Source: an uncultured archaeon (GTDB lineage: Archaea > Iainarchaeota > Iainarchaeia > Iainarchaeales > DATDZZ01). Taken from it: a DNA stretch of 27,627 nucleotides. The position numbers were made by a program, and so were the translations under genes. Each line of letters begins with the position of its first letter. The first letter of the stretch is position 1. The stretch is taken from the NCBI GenBank assembly GCA_964373795.1, contig CAYJVY010000012.1, positions 1 to 27,627 of the forward strand. The letters are read 5' to 3'. Positions 13,600 to 22,869 of the stretch are shown here, piece after piece. Below the pieces are notes generated by a model. That model was not told where the DNA came from. It was given only the letters and a program-made list of their open reading frames with translations, and ran no database searches.

Positions 13600-14052
13600 C
13601 TATCTTGTCGAACTCCATTGATTATTATTCTCATTGCTTTCAGCTACCTCTTGATAGGAATCCGCTAAAATCCTGATAGAATTTCCCTTATCTGACATTG
13701 TCCATATGAAACTCTCCTCAATAGCTTGTTCTTGACCAGACTCCAAACCAAGAATACTAAAAGACCCTACCAATATTTTTCCGTTGAAAATTTGAGCTTT
13801 AGACAAAGCAGCAGTAGAAGTTCCAGAATTCTTTATCTTAACACTGAACTTTACAACATCACCCTCTTTAGGATTTTCTGGTGTCCATGTAGCTTCTGTA
13901 ATAATTAGGTCAGGCATTGATAATGATGTTACTTGTGTTTTGATCGGCATTTGTGTAGCTGGCTGTTTTGACACTTCATCAGATTTTATGCACCCACTAA
14001 CCAAAACAACTGAAATTAACACTAATGATAGTAAAAAAATCTTTCTGCCCAT
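13600..14052 (-). CDS. Secreted/lipobox protein with CARDB-like domain
   Basis: The signal peptide MGRKIFLLSLVLISVVLVSGC is followed by PDLIITEATWTPENPKEGDVVKFSVKIKNSGTSTA, and the protein ends ESNENNN. This is the typical CARDB pattern. Confidence 0.75.
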   Translation of the reverse strand: MGRKIFLLSLVLISVVLVSGCIKSDEVSKQPATQMPIKTQVTSLSMPDLIITEATWTPENPKEGDVVKFSVKIKNSGTSTAALSKAQIFNGKILVGSFSILGLESGQEQAIEESFIWTMSDKGNSIRILADSYQEVAESNENNNQWSSTR

Positions 14053-14385
14053 ATAATTTATATTGGTGATTGCTACACTTTCGCACCAAATCTCCTTAAT
14101 ATTATGCCAACCAACAACTTAAATACATTTTCTTCCAGTGGTTGAGCCTGCTGTATTGCATGCCTGTGTCTGATTCTGTTTTTCTATATAAGTTTGGACT
14201 TAAAAGAAGACATGATAGGAAGCATAATGTCGTGTCTCTCAATATTTAACTATTGTAAAGTTATATTGGGTTAATCCAATGCATCAAAGCCAAAGGCTTA
14301 GATCCGTGCGAAAAAAACCACTGCCTAATTTTGTCCTAGACTCTTTTTTTCTCGGGGTGAAAAAAATGGCAGTTGCAAAATCTCA

Positions 14386-15129
14386 TTAGTAATTTTCTTT
14401 GTAATAACTGCAACTCTTGCGAAGAAAACATTTTTCACATAAAGGTTTTTTCTGGCACAAGTTTTTAGCGAATTCAACTAAAAGCGCATGAAACTCGTTA
14501 AAGGTTTTCACCTTCTCTTTTTCCGACAAATCCTGAAAAGCTTTTTCAAATTCTTTTTGCAATGCACCATAATTTGAATAATCAAAATCTCCCCCAAATA
14601 ACTGCAAGCAGTCAGCAACGCGTTTAGTGTAAGCATCTATTACAAAAACAGGTTTTTGTGCAGCATAGAGTAAAATTGAATCAGCTGTTTCAAAACCAAT
14701 TCCTTTCAATGAAAGCAATTCTTTTCGCAACTCTTGTAACGGTTTTGAAAACAATTTATTCAAACTACCAGAATAATTTTTTTGTAAATATTTTGCAATT
14801 AAAATAATTCTTTCACTTTTTTGATTAAAATAGCCAGCAGATTTAATTATTGAAACTAGTTTTGTTTTCGAAATACTGGAAAGCGTTTCAACTTCAATTA
14901 AGTTTTCAGAAGATAAATTCGTTAAAGCTTTTTCCACATTTTTCCAAGAAGTGTTTTGAGTTAGAATTGCTCCGAGAAAAATTTCTAGCAACTCTTTTTC
15001 TGAAAACTTTTTTTCTAAAGTTTTTTGATATTCAATTTTGCATGTTTTTTTGTTAAAAGTTGGCCACCACCCTTGGCTACCAAACTCTGAGAAAAGTTTT
15101 TTGTAGAGCTGCAAAGCAGAAATAGTCAT
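14386..15129 (-). CDS. Endonuclease III-related HhH-GPD DNA glycosylase with 4Fe-4S cluster
   Basis: The helix-hairpin-helix is LKGIGFETADSILLYA and the catalytic Asp context is VIDAYTKRV. The C-terminal cluster is CQKKPLCEKCFLRKSC (C-x6-C-x2-C-x5-C). The N-terminal GWWP is typical of the EndoIII-related COG2231 group. Confidence 0.85.
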   Translation of the reverse strand: MTISALQLYKKLFSEFGSQGWWPTFNKKTCKIEYQKTLEKKFSEKELLEIFLGAILTQNTSWKNVEKALTNLSSENLIEVETLSSISKTKLVSIIKSAGYFNQKSERIILIAKYLQKNYSGSLNKLFSKPLQELRKELLSLKGIGFETADSILLYAAQKPVFVIDAYTKRVADCLQLFGGDFDYSNYGALQKEFEKAFQDLSEKEKVKTFNEFHALLVEFAKNLCQKKPLCEKCFLRKSCSYYKENY

Positions 15130-15182
15130 TGAAATATTTTGAAATCAATACATTTAAATATATTATTATCTAAATATATGTC

Positions 15183-15419
15183 ATGGGCACCATAACATTA
15201 AATGTAAAAGATAAAACTGAGGAAAAGTTTAGAAAAGCCGCAGCAATAATTTTTGGCGAAGGAAAAGGCAGCTTAGGAAAAGCTGCAATGATGGCTTTTG
15301 AACAGTGGGCTGACAGACATACAAAAGGGAATGAAACCAAAATGCTCGAATTATTAGATAAGGGATTTAAGCTTGGCAAGCTTAAATACCATTCAAGGGA
15401 AGAACTGCATGAACGATGA
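15183..15419 (+). CDS. RHH-type antitoxin (VapB-like)
   Basis: The 78-aa product has an MGTITLNVKDKTEEKFRKAAA...AAMMAFEQWADRH strand-helix-helix layout. It overlaps the downstream PIN gene by 11 nt. Confidence 0.7.
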   Translation: MGTITLNVKDKTEEKFRKAAAIIFGEGKGSLGKAAMMAFEQWADRHTKGNETKMLELLDKGFKLGKLKYHSREELHER

Positions 15420-15843
15420 ATTCTTTGTTGATACAAATATTTTGGTTTATGCATTTGATGTTTCAGAAAAACAAAAACGTCAAATTGCAAAAAACATTGT
15501 TGAAGACATTACAAAGGGCAGGAAAAAAGGAGTAATTTCTAATCAAATACTTGGAGAACTTTTCATTGTTCTTACAAACAAAATTACAAATCCTTTAAAT
15601 GAAGAAAATGCACAAATAATAGTTAATGGAATCATTGACTCTGTAAACTGGAAAAAAGTAAATTACACTACTAGCACTATACATCAAGCTATGGACACAG
15701 TGATTAAAGAAAAAAGACCTTTTTGGGACACAATAATAACAGAAACAATGTTGGAAAACAAAATTTACGTAATATTAACTGAAAATACAAAGGACTTCAA
15801 GTCTAAAAATATAACAGCACATAATCCTTTCAAAAATGATTAG
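15409..15843 (+). CDS. vapC: PIN-domain ribonuclease toxin (VapC-like)
   Basis: MNDEFFVDTNILVYAF carries the first acidic PIN residue in the FVDTN context. Downstream are ...ISNQILGELF... and ...TENTKDF. The ATG at 15409 was chosen over the ORF-track start at 15373 because it gives the canonical N-terminus and antitoxin overlap. Confidence 0.85.
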   Translation: MNDEFFVDTNILVYAFDVSEKQKRQIAKNIVEDITKGRKKGVISNQILGELFIVLTNKITNPLNEENAQIIVNGIIDSVNWKKVNYTTSTIHQAMDTVIKEKRPFWDTIITETMLENKIYVILTENTKDFKSKNITAHNPFKND

Positions 15844-15925
15844 ATTATCAAAGCAATCACACATCAAAATTTTGAGAGAAGTTGATTAAAAATTTTTTCC
15901 ATTAATTTATGAATATCTTAATTAT

Positions 15926-18900
15926 TTATTTGCATGTAAAATCTATTTTGCCAGGTAAAACACTATTGTAATATGCTTTTTCTTCGTTTAATGCTTTGAA
16001 TAATTCTGATTCATTCCAAAAGAATTCAACCTTTTGCCCATCGTTTGAAACGCATAGCATTTGTTGTTCAATTAATTCCATCATTTTAGATAAAGAATTG
16101 TTTTGCTCTAAAAAGTTTAATGAAGAATCATGTAAAGGTAATTCAGTTGTTTGATTTGGCATTTGACTTGTTCTAAGATATTCTCCTCTAGAGTTTTGGA
16201 ATAACTGTAAATTATTTGGATTAGTTGTTAAATCATTGCAAGCAGAATATAAATTATATTTTTCATTAATTGGAGTGTAAAAAATTGATTGCAAGAAAAC
16301 CATTGAGTCATTATTTAATCCGTTTCTTGTATCGTTCCAATTAAATCCGTAAACCTTGTCTGTATTGATTGGAACATCTAAATCTTGTCTTAAAGCACAA
16401 CTTCCAGGAGCATTTAAAGATGCTTGAACGTCTTTTTGATTTAAAGGCATTAAAGCTCCTTTAAAGTCTTTACACAAACCAGTTCCTTCAGTCATTGTTG
16501 AACCAGTTCCACTCCATACATTTCCATTTGTCCCTAAAGAAATTAATGGAGTTGTTCCAGATTTTTTCAAAAAATAATATTGTGAAGCCTTGTCTGCTTT
16601 TTGTTGCATTCCCATTAAAATAGGAGCAGCATTTGATGGACTGAAAACCAGTTTTCTTGAAGGAGAATCAAAAGAGAAAACCTTTCCTCTAGAAGAATTA
16701 TTTAATGCATTTATTTCAGAGTTAACATCTACTCTTATTTTTGGAAACTTCACTGCATCATAGTCAGGGTTTTCATATTCATTTGCATTTACAACTAATT
16801 TACTGCTTCTAACTAAAGTTATTCCTGTTCCGGTTAAAGGAATTCCATATCCTGTTCTCTTAAATTTTCCTGTACTTGAATCAAATCCAATCATTCCATC
16901 AAATGGAATGCTGTATAATGGATTGTTTGCAGGAATTTCTCCTACTTTGTTTAAAGTAATTGTTACTGAAACATTTGGATTAGGGTTTCCGCTTACAAAA
17001 AATAATTGATTTACTTTGTCATCAAAATTGAAATCCATGTCAACAGAGTAAAGTCCTGGTTCTTTTAATGGAATTAATGGATCTCCGTTAATGTCAACTA
17101 TTTTAAATCTTGAAGGAGTTTGCATGATTTTAAAAACTCCGTCATCTGAAGCATAAAACCAGTCTGGAACATCGTTTACTGCAATATTATTTTTATAGTA
17201 TGATACAAAGTCTTGCAATAAATCTTCACTGTAACCGTCTTTCATTAAAGCAACAGTGAAATTTGCGTACTTAAATCTTTCCTGAGAATTTACATCAGTA
17301 TATAATTTTTTAATTTCATTCAATCTTTTTGCAAGCATTATATTGAATTGAACTGCATCACAGTACTTGAATTCAGGGTTTGCAGTATCACATTTATCTA
17401 AAGAAATTGATTGCCAATCCCAGTTATATTCAAGTAAAGGCTTTGCATCTTTTCCAGTTGTTCCTTTCAATCCAGCTGAAGAAAAACAAGTAGCTGCTTC
17501 TCCGGATGAAACCTTTACATGAAAGGATTCTTGCCCTGTTTTAATTCCTCCTTTTCCATTATCTAAAGTGTCTTGAACTTTTAGCAAAGCAAATTGATCT
17601 CCTCCAGGAGCATTTCTATTAAGCAAACTAAAATCAATTAATCCTTGATGATCTTTATCTGGAGACAAATAATCCACTAATACTCCGTGAAGCTTTGTCT
17701 TCAAGCTAGCTGAAGCATCAGAGTAAGTTGAAATCATAATTTTATCAGATCTGTCTTTAACTGGATAACCTCCTGCAAGGGAAGTTAAAGCAAATCCAAG
17801 CAAATATTTTTCATTGCAATAATATGTTCCACAAAACCCATTTACAAGTGATTGCACTCCAGCTCCAATGCATTTTCCTTTATAATCAGTTCCACAATCA
17901 GTGTTAAAAAAATAATTTTCAACTCCGCCTACTGCTTGCTTTAATAAAATTAATGGCTGTAAATTTGTTACATCAATTGCATTTAATGAAAGAGTTCTAA
18001 AATAAGGCGAAAAATATGGAGCCCTATTTTTCACTGAATTTTCTAATCCAGTTTTTAACTGAGTTGAAATAATTGACTGCCAATCAGTTTTTGGCTTAAT
18101 TTTAATGTCATGCCCTGCAGTTGAAAGCTCAGTGTTTTTATCCACTCCAATCATTGAATAAACTTTTGTTGAAAGCAAGCTTGGCTCGGTTTTAGGAATC
18201 GTTAAATACCCTGAATGATATTGATCACAAACACGTACTCGTTTATAACAGCCTTCACTTACACTATGACTACATCCTCTAGAAAAACATCTACAGCTTT
18301 TTGTTACATTTCTACAATCGACTGCAGGAGTAATAATTGTTCCATGAAGAGTATGCCATCCTTGAGTTAAAGTAAAAATTTTTCTTCCTCCAGGAGCATT
18401 TATTACGCCTTCGTTTGGAGTGCCTTCATCTATTTTTAAATAACCGCTCCAACCTCCAGGCCAATATATTTCAATTGGAATGTTTTGCCCTGTTTTTTCC
18501 GCTACATAAAACCATGACTTAAAATTAATTCCAAGAGAATCTCCATTTGTAATTAAAAACAACCATTTCATATCAGAAGGCAAGCCATTAGGCAAATAAG
18601 GACTAGGAGTTGAATCACCAATATCATTTCCAGCTAAAGGTCTTCCTTCAGCATCACATGCTCCAATGCTATAACAATATACTGGATCCATTTTTCCTTT
18701 CAATGGATCGCAATCAGCATTTGGAGCAGTACACCAAGTTAATTCTCCTAACATGTTTCTTTCCAATGCACTTGAATAACCAATTCTTTGATCATCTGTT
18801 GCAACTAAGTCTATTGCGTTAATGAAAACCTTTTCAGCTCCTTCTTTTAGAATTGGAAACTCAAATTCATTTCCAGGAGGTAATTCAGTAAAAGTTGAAT

Positions 18901-21900
18901 CACTTAAATAATTCACTACTCCTTTATATTCTGGATCACTTGGAGGAGAAATAACTTTTCTTTCAATTTTATTTGGATCGTTGTCAATAACATCATAGTA
19001 AACTAATTTGTTTTGCTCTGCAAACCTATCAGCTAATGAAGCTAAACCTAGTCCTCTCACTACTTCTACTTTAGGCATTTCATGGTTTTCAGTGTACTTA
19101 AAGCATTGATTTGTTGCAGTATCAGGTATTACAGTAAATTTTCCTTTATCTTGTCCTAAAGTAATGTTGTACTTGAATTTGTTTAAAGAAAAACAACTGC
19201 TTTGCCCTGGCGGAGTTTCAACTAATACTTCTTTTAATTTTGCTTCAGCTGGATTAAAATTAGTTAAAGTATCTGCAGCTTTTTTAATGTTAACCAATAT
19301 TTCGTAAAACCCTATATTAGTTGCATCTCTTACCTCTATTTCTTGTTTTCCTGCTTTAAGTAATTTAAATGTTTCAGGCGAGAAAGAAATGCTTACTCCC
19401 TGAGCATATAAAGGTTTTTCTAACTTGAATTCTAATTCATCACTGCAATTATTTATTACTTCAAATCTTCCAATTGCCCCTTTAATGAATTGAACTTGAT
19501 TTAATCCAATGTCAACACAACTGAAACGCACATTGCCTCCAAGCTTTGAAGCAACCTCTAAAGATTTTTCTGCTTCTTTAAATGGAACTTTTAAAGCCTT
19601 GAAAAAATATTTGTCTCCTGCTTGAAGATTATCTAAAACAATTGAAACAAATCCACTTGAATTAGTTGTAAAAGTTTGAACATTTCCTGAAGAAAAATCA
19701 TTGTCTCCTTTCTTTAACTTAATTTGAGCAAAAGAAATTAATTGATCTTTATCGTCTTTAATTCTTACAACTAAATTATTTGAAATTCCTGTAAACAATT
19801 TTTCTGGAAGAATTTCAAGTTTTAATTCTCTTTTAGGCAATACATTAAACCTCAATGTTTCCTTGTTGTCAGGCAAATTCACTTTAATATTGAAATCCAT
19901 TATACTAGGAGTAGAAGTTTTTTGAGGAGTGAAATCAAATTTGAAATCCTTTGACTGACGTGGATCCCAAACACTTCCAGAAGAAAAAGTCTTGGAATCA
20001 AATCCTAAAAAATCCTTATTTGCGTTATCTGCTGTAACAATTATTCCAACATTGTTAAAGGTTTGCTCTGTTTGATTTAATACACTGAATTCAAGGGAAT
20101 AAGTTATTCCTTGTTCTAATCCTATAAAGCTTTGACTTTTTGGATCAATTTTTGAGTCAAGCATGCTTCCTGGAACTCCTCCTTTAATGTGAAAACTGAA
20201 AGCAAATTTAGGGCATTTAGGATCTCTTGCATCACAAAAAATTGTTTTCCCTACAACAAAGCCTCTTTCAGTTAAATCAATCTCTGATTTAATTCCATTA
20301 AAATCTGCTTCTCCTTGAAATCTAACTTTAAAAGAGTTATTATCAGTGTTCTCGTCAACTTTAATTCTCACTCCGAATTCATATACTCCTTCTCTTAAAT
20401 TTGAGTTCTTGAAATTAATTTGCCTTCCAATTAAATTTGAAGGCTTAGAGTTAGTGAAAGGACTTCCTGAAACAAATTCCGTTGACAAAACTCCTTTTTC
20501 TCCTCCCAGTAAATCTGATTCTTTTAAAACAGCAACTAATTCATTTAAAGGAGTTGACTCTCGATCCATTCTAAAATGAATTTTAGTTGAATCAGGTTTT
20601 TTTCTTAAAAACAAATTAAATAATAAAAAGTATTCATTTGAAGGCAAAATACTTGAAACTCTTTTTCTGTCAAGTGATTGAACTTCAATTAATTTTAAGT
20701 CAAAATCTTTTGAAAGACTTGCTTGTTTAGTTAAAACAATTTTGGAAACAATGGATTCATTTTTTCCAATTGAATAACAAAAAGAATTAAATGACAGGAA
20801 ACCATTTTTGTCTACTAAAATGAAAGGCTGTTTATCTATTTTGAATTCTTTTTTAACAGTTCTTCCATCTGAATCAGTTAAAACACTTGCCAGTAATTCA
20901 TTGTCAGAACAGTTAACAAATTTCACTAAAGCTCCTGAAACCTTGTTCCCAGAATCATCTACTAATTCTACTTGAATTGCCCCACTAGCTAAAACAAGTG
21001 AAACATTTAAATCCAATTCTTTAGTTTTAGAATTAATTGCAGCCTTTGAAGACTTTCCTGAAGCAGTTTGATTACTTGCTTCAGCAAAATATTCTCCTTC
21101 TAAGGGAAGATTTGAAAAACTAATTCTTCCATCTTTTCCAGTTAATTGCTTTGAAGCAACAATTGGAATTCCTGGATTCAAAGAATTAAACAATAAAACA
21201 TTTACTCCTTCCACTGCAACCTTGTCAGTGTTTTGCACTAAAACATTTACTTTTCCATAATTCAATTGCTTTCCATTCAAGTCGTTTAAAGCCTTTTCTA
21301 ATTTAATTATTTCAGGGTCTTTAACGCTTTTCAATACTAGTTTTACTTTCACTATTTTGTTAACATAATTTGTTGCTCTTACAAGCAATGAATAATTTGA
21401 ATCAGCATCAGCTGGAGCAGAAAACTTTCCCTCAGCATCACTTGAAGAAGTCATGGAAAACTTTGCATCAGTGAAAACATCTAATTGGGCTTGAATTCCT
21501 GAATTAGAATTTGCGTCAACTATTTTTACAAAAATTTGCTTTCTTTTATTCTCTGGAACAGGAGTTAAAACAATTGTTGTTTCAAAAGGCTTTGAAGCAT
21601 CACTAAAAGAAAAACTTGAATCCTCTGAACTAAATTCAGCCAAGGCATGAAATGCGAATGCTTTATAGCTTCCAGTTGGCATGTTTGAAAAAGAAACAGT
21701 TCCACTTTCACTTGATTCTTGAGTTCCAACAACATTTGAACTAGTGCTTCCAGTGTCTTCAACCAAGTTAACAGTAATCCCAGTTAAAGGTTTTCCTTGA
21801 GAGTCAACTAATTTAACAATAATTGTTCCTTTTTTTGCATTATTTGCAAGAGAAGCTTGTTGTTTTTCTAATTGAAAAACATTTGATCCACTGCTTAAAA

Positions 21901-22594
21901 CTTTTGAAAGAGTTGAATAACCTTCAACTTTTACTTCAGCTGAAAGAGCTCCACATCCTTTAGGAATTACAGGCAATTCAATTAAAGACTGAAAACTAGT
22001 TATAGTAGACTGAGGCAATTGAATTCCATACTCGCAAGACAATTCAATTGAAATAGCTTTAGATCCATCAAGTTTTGCCCGAGAATCCTTGTCTTCAACA
22101 ATTATTTTAATTTTTTCATTCAAAGAAGTTTTCCTAGTCAAATAAATTGTCACAGGTTTTTCAATGCTTAAACCAAACTCAACTCCATTTAAATCCTCAA
22201 ACCCTTCACTCTTAACCTCTAACACTTTTAATTTCTCAAAATACTCTACACTAAACGCGCCATTTACATCAGTTTTCTTAATTAATTTTTTTTCTTGTGC
22301 ATCACTTTTTTGATTTTTTAAAAGCAAGCTAAACTCAATTCCTTCAAGTTTTGCTCCATCCAAATCCTTAACTAAAACAGTTGCAGTTAAAGGAGTGTCC
22401 TCTAAAAACAAAAACAAGTAAACCCCTAAACCTAAAACAGCTATTAATCCAAAAAAAATTACTGCTAAAAAAAGATAAAAAGAAGGAACACTTTTATCAA
22501 TTCCATCAACTAATCCTTGAATTGGAACAACTTTATTAATTGCCTCAACCAACTCATAATACTTTGCCTCAACAAATTCGAGTAGATTACCCAT
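15926..22594 (-). CDS. Giant (2222 aa) membrane-anchored surface protein with repeated beta-sandwich (CarboxypepD_reg/Ig-like) modules
   Basis: It is one uninterrupted ORF. GGGGT lies 4 nt before the ATG at 22594. The N-terminal anchor is SFYLFLAVIFFGLIAVLGLGVYLFLFL. There are several modules of the type GTIIVKLVDSQGKPLTGITVNLVED...GTVSFSNMPTGSYKAFAF. A Cys-rich stretch, CRNVTKSCRCFSRGCSHSVSEGCYKRVRVC, is encoded around 18220-18330. Confidence 0.9.
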   Translation of the reverse strand: MGNLLEFVEAKYYELVEAINKVVPIQGLVDGIDKSVPSFYLFLAVIFFGLIAVLGLGVYLFLFLEDTPLTATVLVKDLDGAKLEGIEFSLLLKNQKSDAQEKKLIKKTDVNGAFSVEYFEKLKVLEVKSEGFEDLNGVEFGLSIEKPVTIYLTRKTSLNEKIKIIVEDKDSRAKLDGSKAISIELSCEYGIQLPQSTITSFQSLIELPVIPKGCGALSAEVKVEGYSTLSKVLSSGSNVFQLEKQQASLANNAKKGTIIVKLVDSQGKPLTGITVNLVEDTGSTSSNVVGTQESSESGTVSFSNMPTGSYKAFAFHALAEFSSEDSSFSFSDASKPFETTIVLTPVPENKRKQIFVKIVDANSNSGIQAQLDVFTDAKFSMTSSSDAEGKFSAPADADSNYSLLVRATNYVNKIVKVKLVLKSVKDPEIIKLEKALNDLNGKQLNYGKVNVLVQNTDKVAVEGVNVLLFNSLNPGIPIVASKQLTGKDGRISFSNLPLEGEYFAEASNQTASGKSSKAAINSKTKELDLNVSLVLASGAIQVELVDDSGNKVSGALVKFVNCSDNELLASVLTDSDGRTVKKEFKIDKQPFILVDKNGFLSFNSFCYSIGKNESIVSKIVLTKQASLSKDFDLKLIEVQSLDRKRVSSILPSNEYFLLFNLFLRKKPDSTKIHFRMDRESTPLNELVAVLKESDLLGGEKGVLSTEFVSGSPFTNSKPSNLIGRQINFKNSNLREGVYEFGVRIKVDENTDNNSFKVRFQGEADFNGIKSEIDLTERGFVVGKTIFCDARDPKCPKFAFSFHIKGGVPGSMLDSKIDPKSQSFIGLEQGITYSLEFSVLNQTEQTFNNVGIIVTADNANKDFLGFDSKTFSSGSVWDPRQSKDFKFDFTPQKTSTPSIMDFNIKVNLPDNKETLRFNVLPKRELKLEILPEKLFTGISNNLVVRIKDDKDQLISFAQIKLKKGDNDFSSGNVQTFTTNSSGFVSIVLDNLQAGDKYFFKALKVPFKEAEKSLEVASKLGGNVRFSCVDIGLNQVQFIKGAIGRFEVINNCSDELEFKLEKPLYAQGVSISFSPETFKLLKAGKQEIEVRDATNIGFYEILVNIKKAADTLTNFNPAEAKLKEVLVETPPGQSSCFSLNKFKYNITLGQDKGKFTVIPDTATNQCFKYTENHEMPKVEVVRGLGLASLADRFAEQNKLVYYDVIDNDPNKIERKVISPPSDPEYKGVVNYLSDSTFTELPPGNEFEFPILKEGAEKVFINAIDLVATDDQRIGYSSALERNMLGELTWCTAPNADCDPLKGKMDPVYCYSIGACDAEGRPLAGNDIGDSTPSPYLPNGLPSDMKWLFLITNGDSLGINFKSWFYVAEKTGQNIPIEIYWPGGWSGYLKIDEGTPNEGVINAPGGRKIFTLTQGWHTLHGTIITPAVDCRNVTKSCRCFSRGCSHSVSEGCYKRVRVCDQYHSGYLTIPKTEPSLLSTKVYSMIGVDKNTELSTAGHDIKIKPKTDWQSIISTQLKTGLENSVKNRAPYFSPYFRTLSLNAIDVTNLQPLILLKQAVGGVENYFFNTDCGTDYKGKCIGAGVQSLVNGFCGTYYCNEKYLLGFALTSLAGGYPVKDRSDKIMISTYSDASASLKTKLHGVLVDYLSPDKDHQGLIDFSLLNRNAPGGDQFALLKVQDTLDNGKGGIKTGQESFHVKVSSGEAATCFSSAGLKGTTGKDAKPLLEYNWDWQSISLDKCDTANPEFKYCDAVQFNIMLAKRLNEIKKLYTDVNSQERFKYANFTVALMKDGYSEDLLQDFVSYYKNNIAVNDVPDWFYASDDGVFKIMQTPSRFKIVDINGDPLIPLKEPGLYSVDMDFNFDDKVNQLFFVSGNPNPNVSVTITLNKVGEIPANNPLYSIPFDGMIGFDSSTGKFKRTGYGIPLTGTGITLVRSSKLVVNANEYENPDYDAVKFPKIRVDVNSEINALNNSSRGKVFSFDSPSRKLVFSPSNAAPILMGMQQKADKASQYYFLKKSGTTPLISLGTNGNVWSGTGSTMTEGTGLCKDFKGALMPLNQKDVQASLNAPGSCALRQDLDVPINTDKVYGFNWNDTRNGLNNDSMVFLQSIFYTPINEKYNLYSACNDLTTNPNNLQLFQNSRGEYLRTSQMPNQTTELPLHDSSLNFLEQNNSLSKMMELIEQQMLCVSNDGQKVEFFWNESELFKALNEEKAYYNSVLPGKIDFTCK

Positions 22595-22671
22595 TAAACC
22601 CCAACCAATAAATAAAACAATTAATTATGAATTATGCTTTAAATATAACAAAGTTTTATTTAATAAAATTA

Positions 22672-22850
22672 TCGTGCGCCGTTCAGCCGCGCAAGGTTCA
22701 GCCCTTGAAGCTGAAGGGTCACGTGACCCCTCATGCTCGACGCACGAGACGTCGCAGCTGACAAGGCTGAGTGTTCGTGTGGGCATTGCGCTTGCCGCGC
22801 GAGACTACAGCTGAAGGCCTATGAAGGCACTCACCTAACATGGCGACATG
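22672..22850 (-). ncRNA. GC-rich structured element, copy A (unclassified candidate ncRNA or repeat)
   Basis: This is a sharp GC-rich block in AT-rich surroundings with no convincing ORF. It has a perfect palindrome GGGTCACGTGACCC at 22716-22729. The 15-mer at 22736-22750 is the exact reverse complement of 27475-27489. The strand was chosen because a G:U pair extends the hairpin only in this reading. Confidence 0.4.
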
Positions 22851-22869
22851 ATTCCTAAAAAAAGAGCCA

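Noticed and set aside
18610-21762. Short ORFs within the giant gene (18610..18822 +, 20346..20579 +, 21565..21762 -)
   Set aside because: They are embedded in, or out of frame with, the uninterrupted 6.7-kb ORF. They have no independent start context.
22672-22850. The GC-rich islands as small protein-coding genes
   Set aside because: In the shared frame both copies are open: 52 codons in A and 60 in B, with peptides ...TSRASSMRGHVTLQ... and ...MSRASSARADVGLQ.... Copy A has no ATG or SD before the conserved block. The composition is the Ala/Arg/Ser bias expected from translating GC-rich non-coding DNA. The substitutions preserve the nucleotide palindrome rather than the amino acids.
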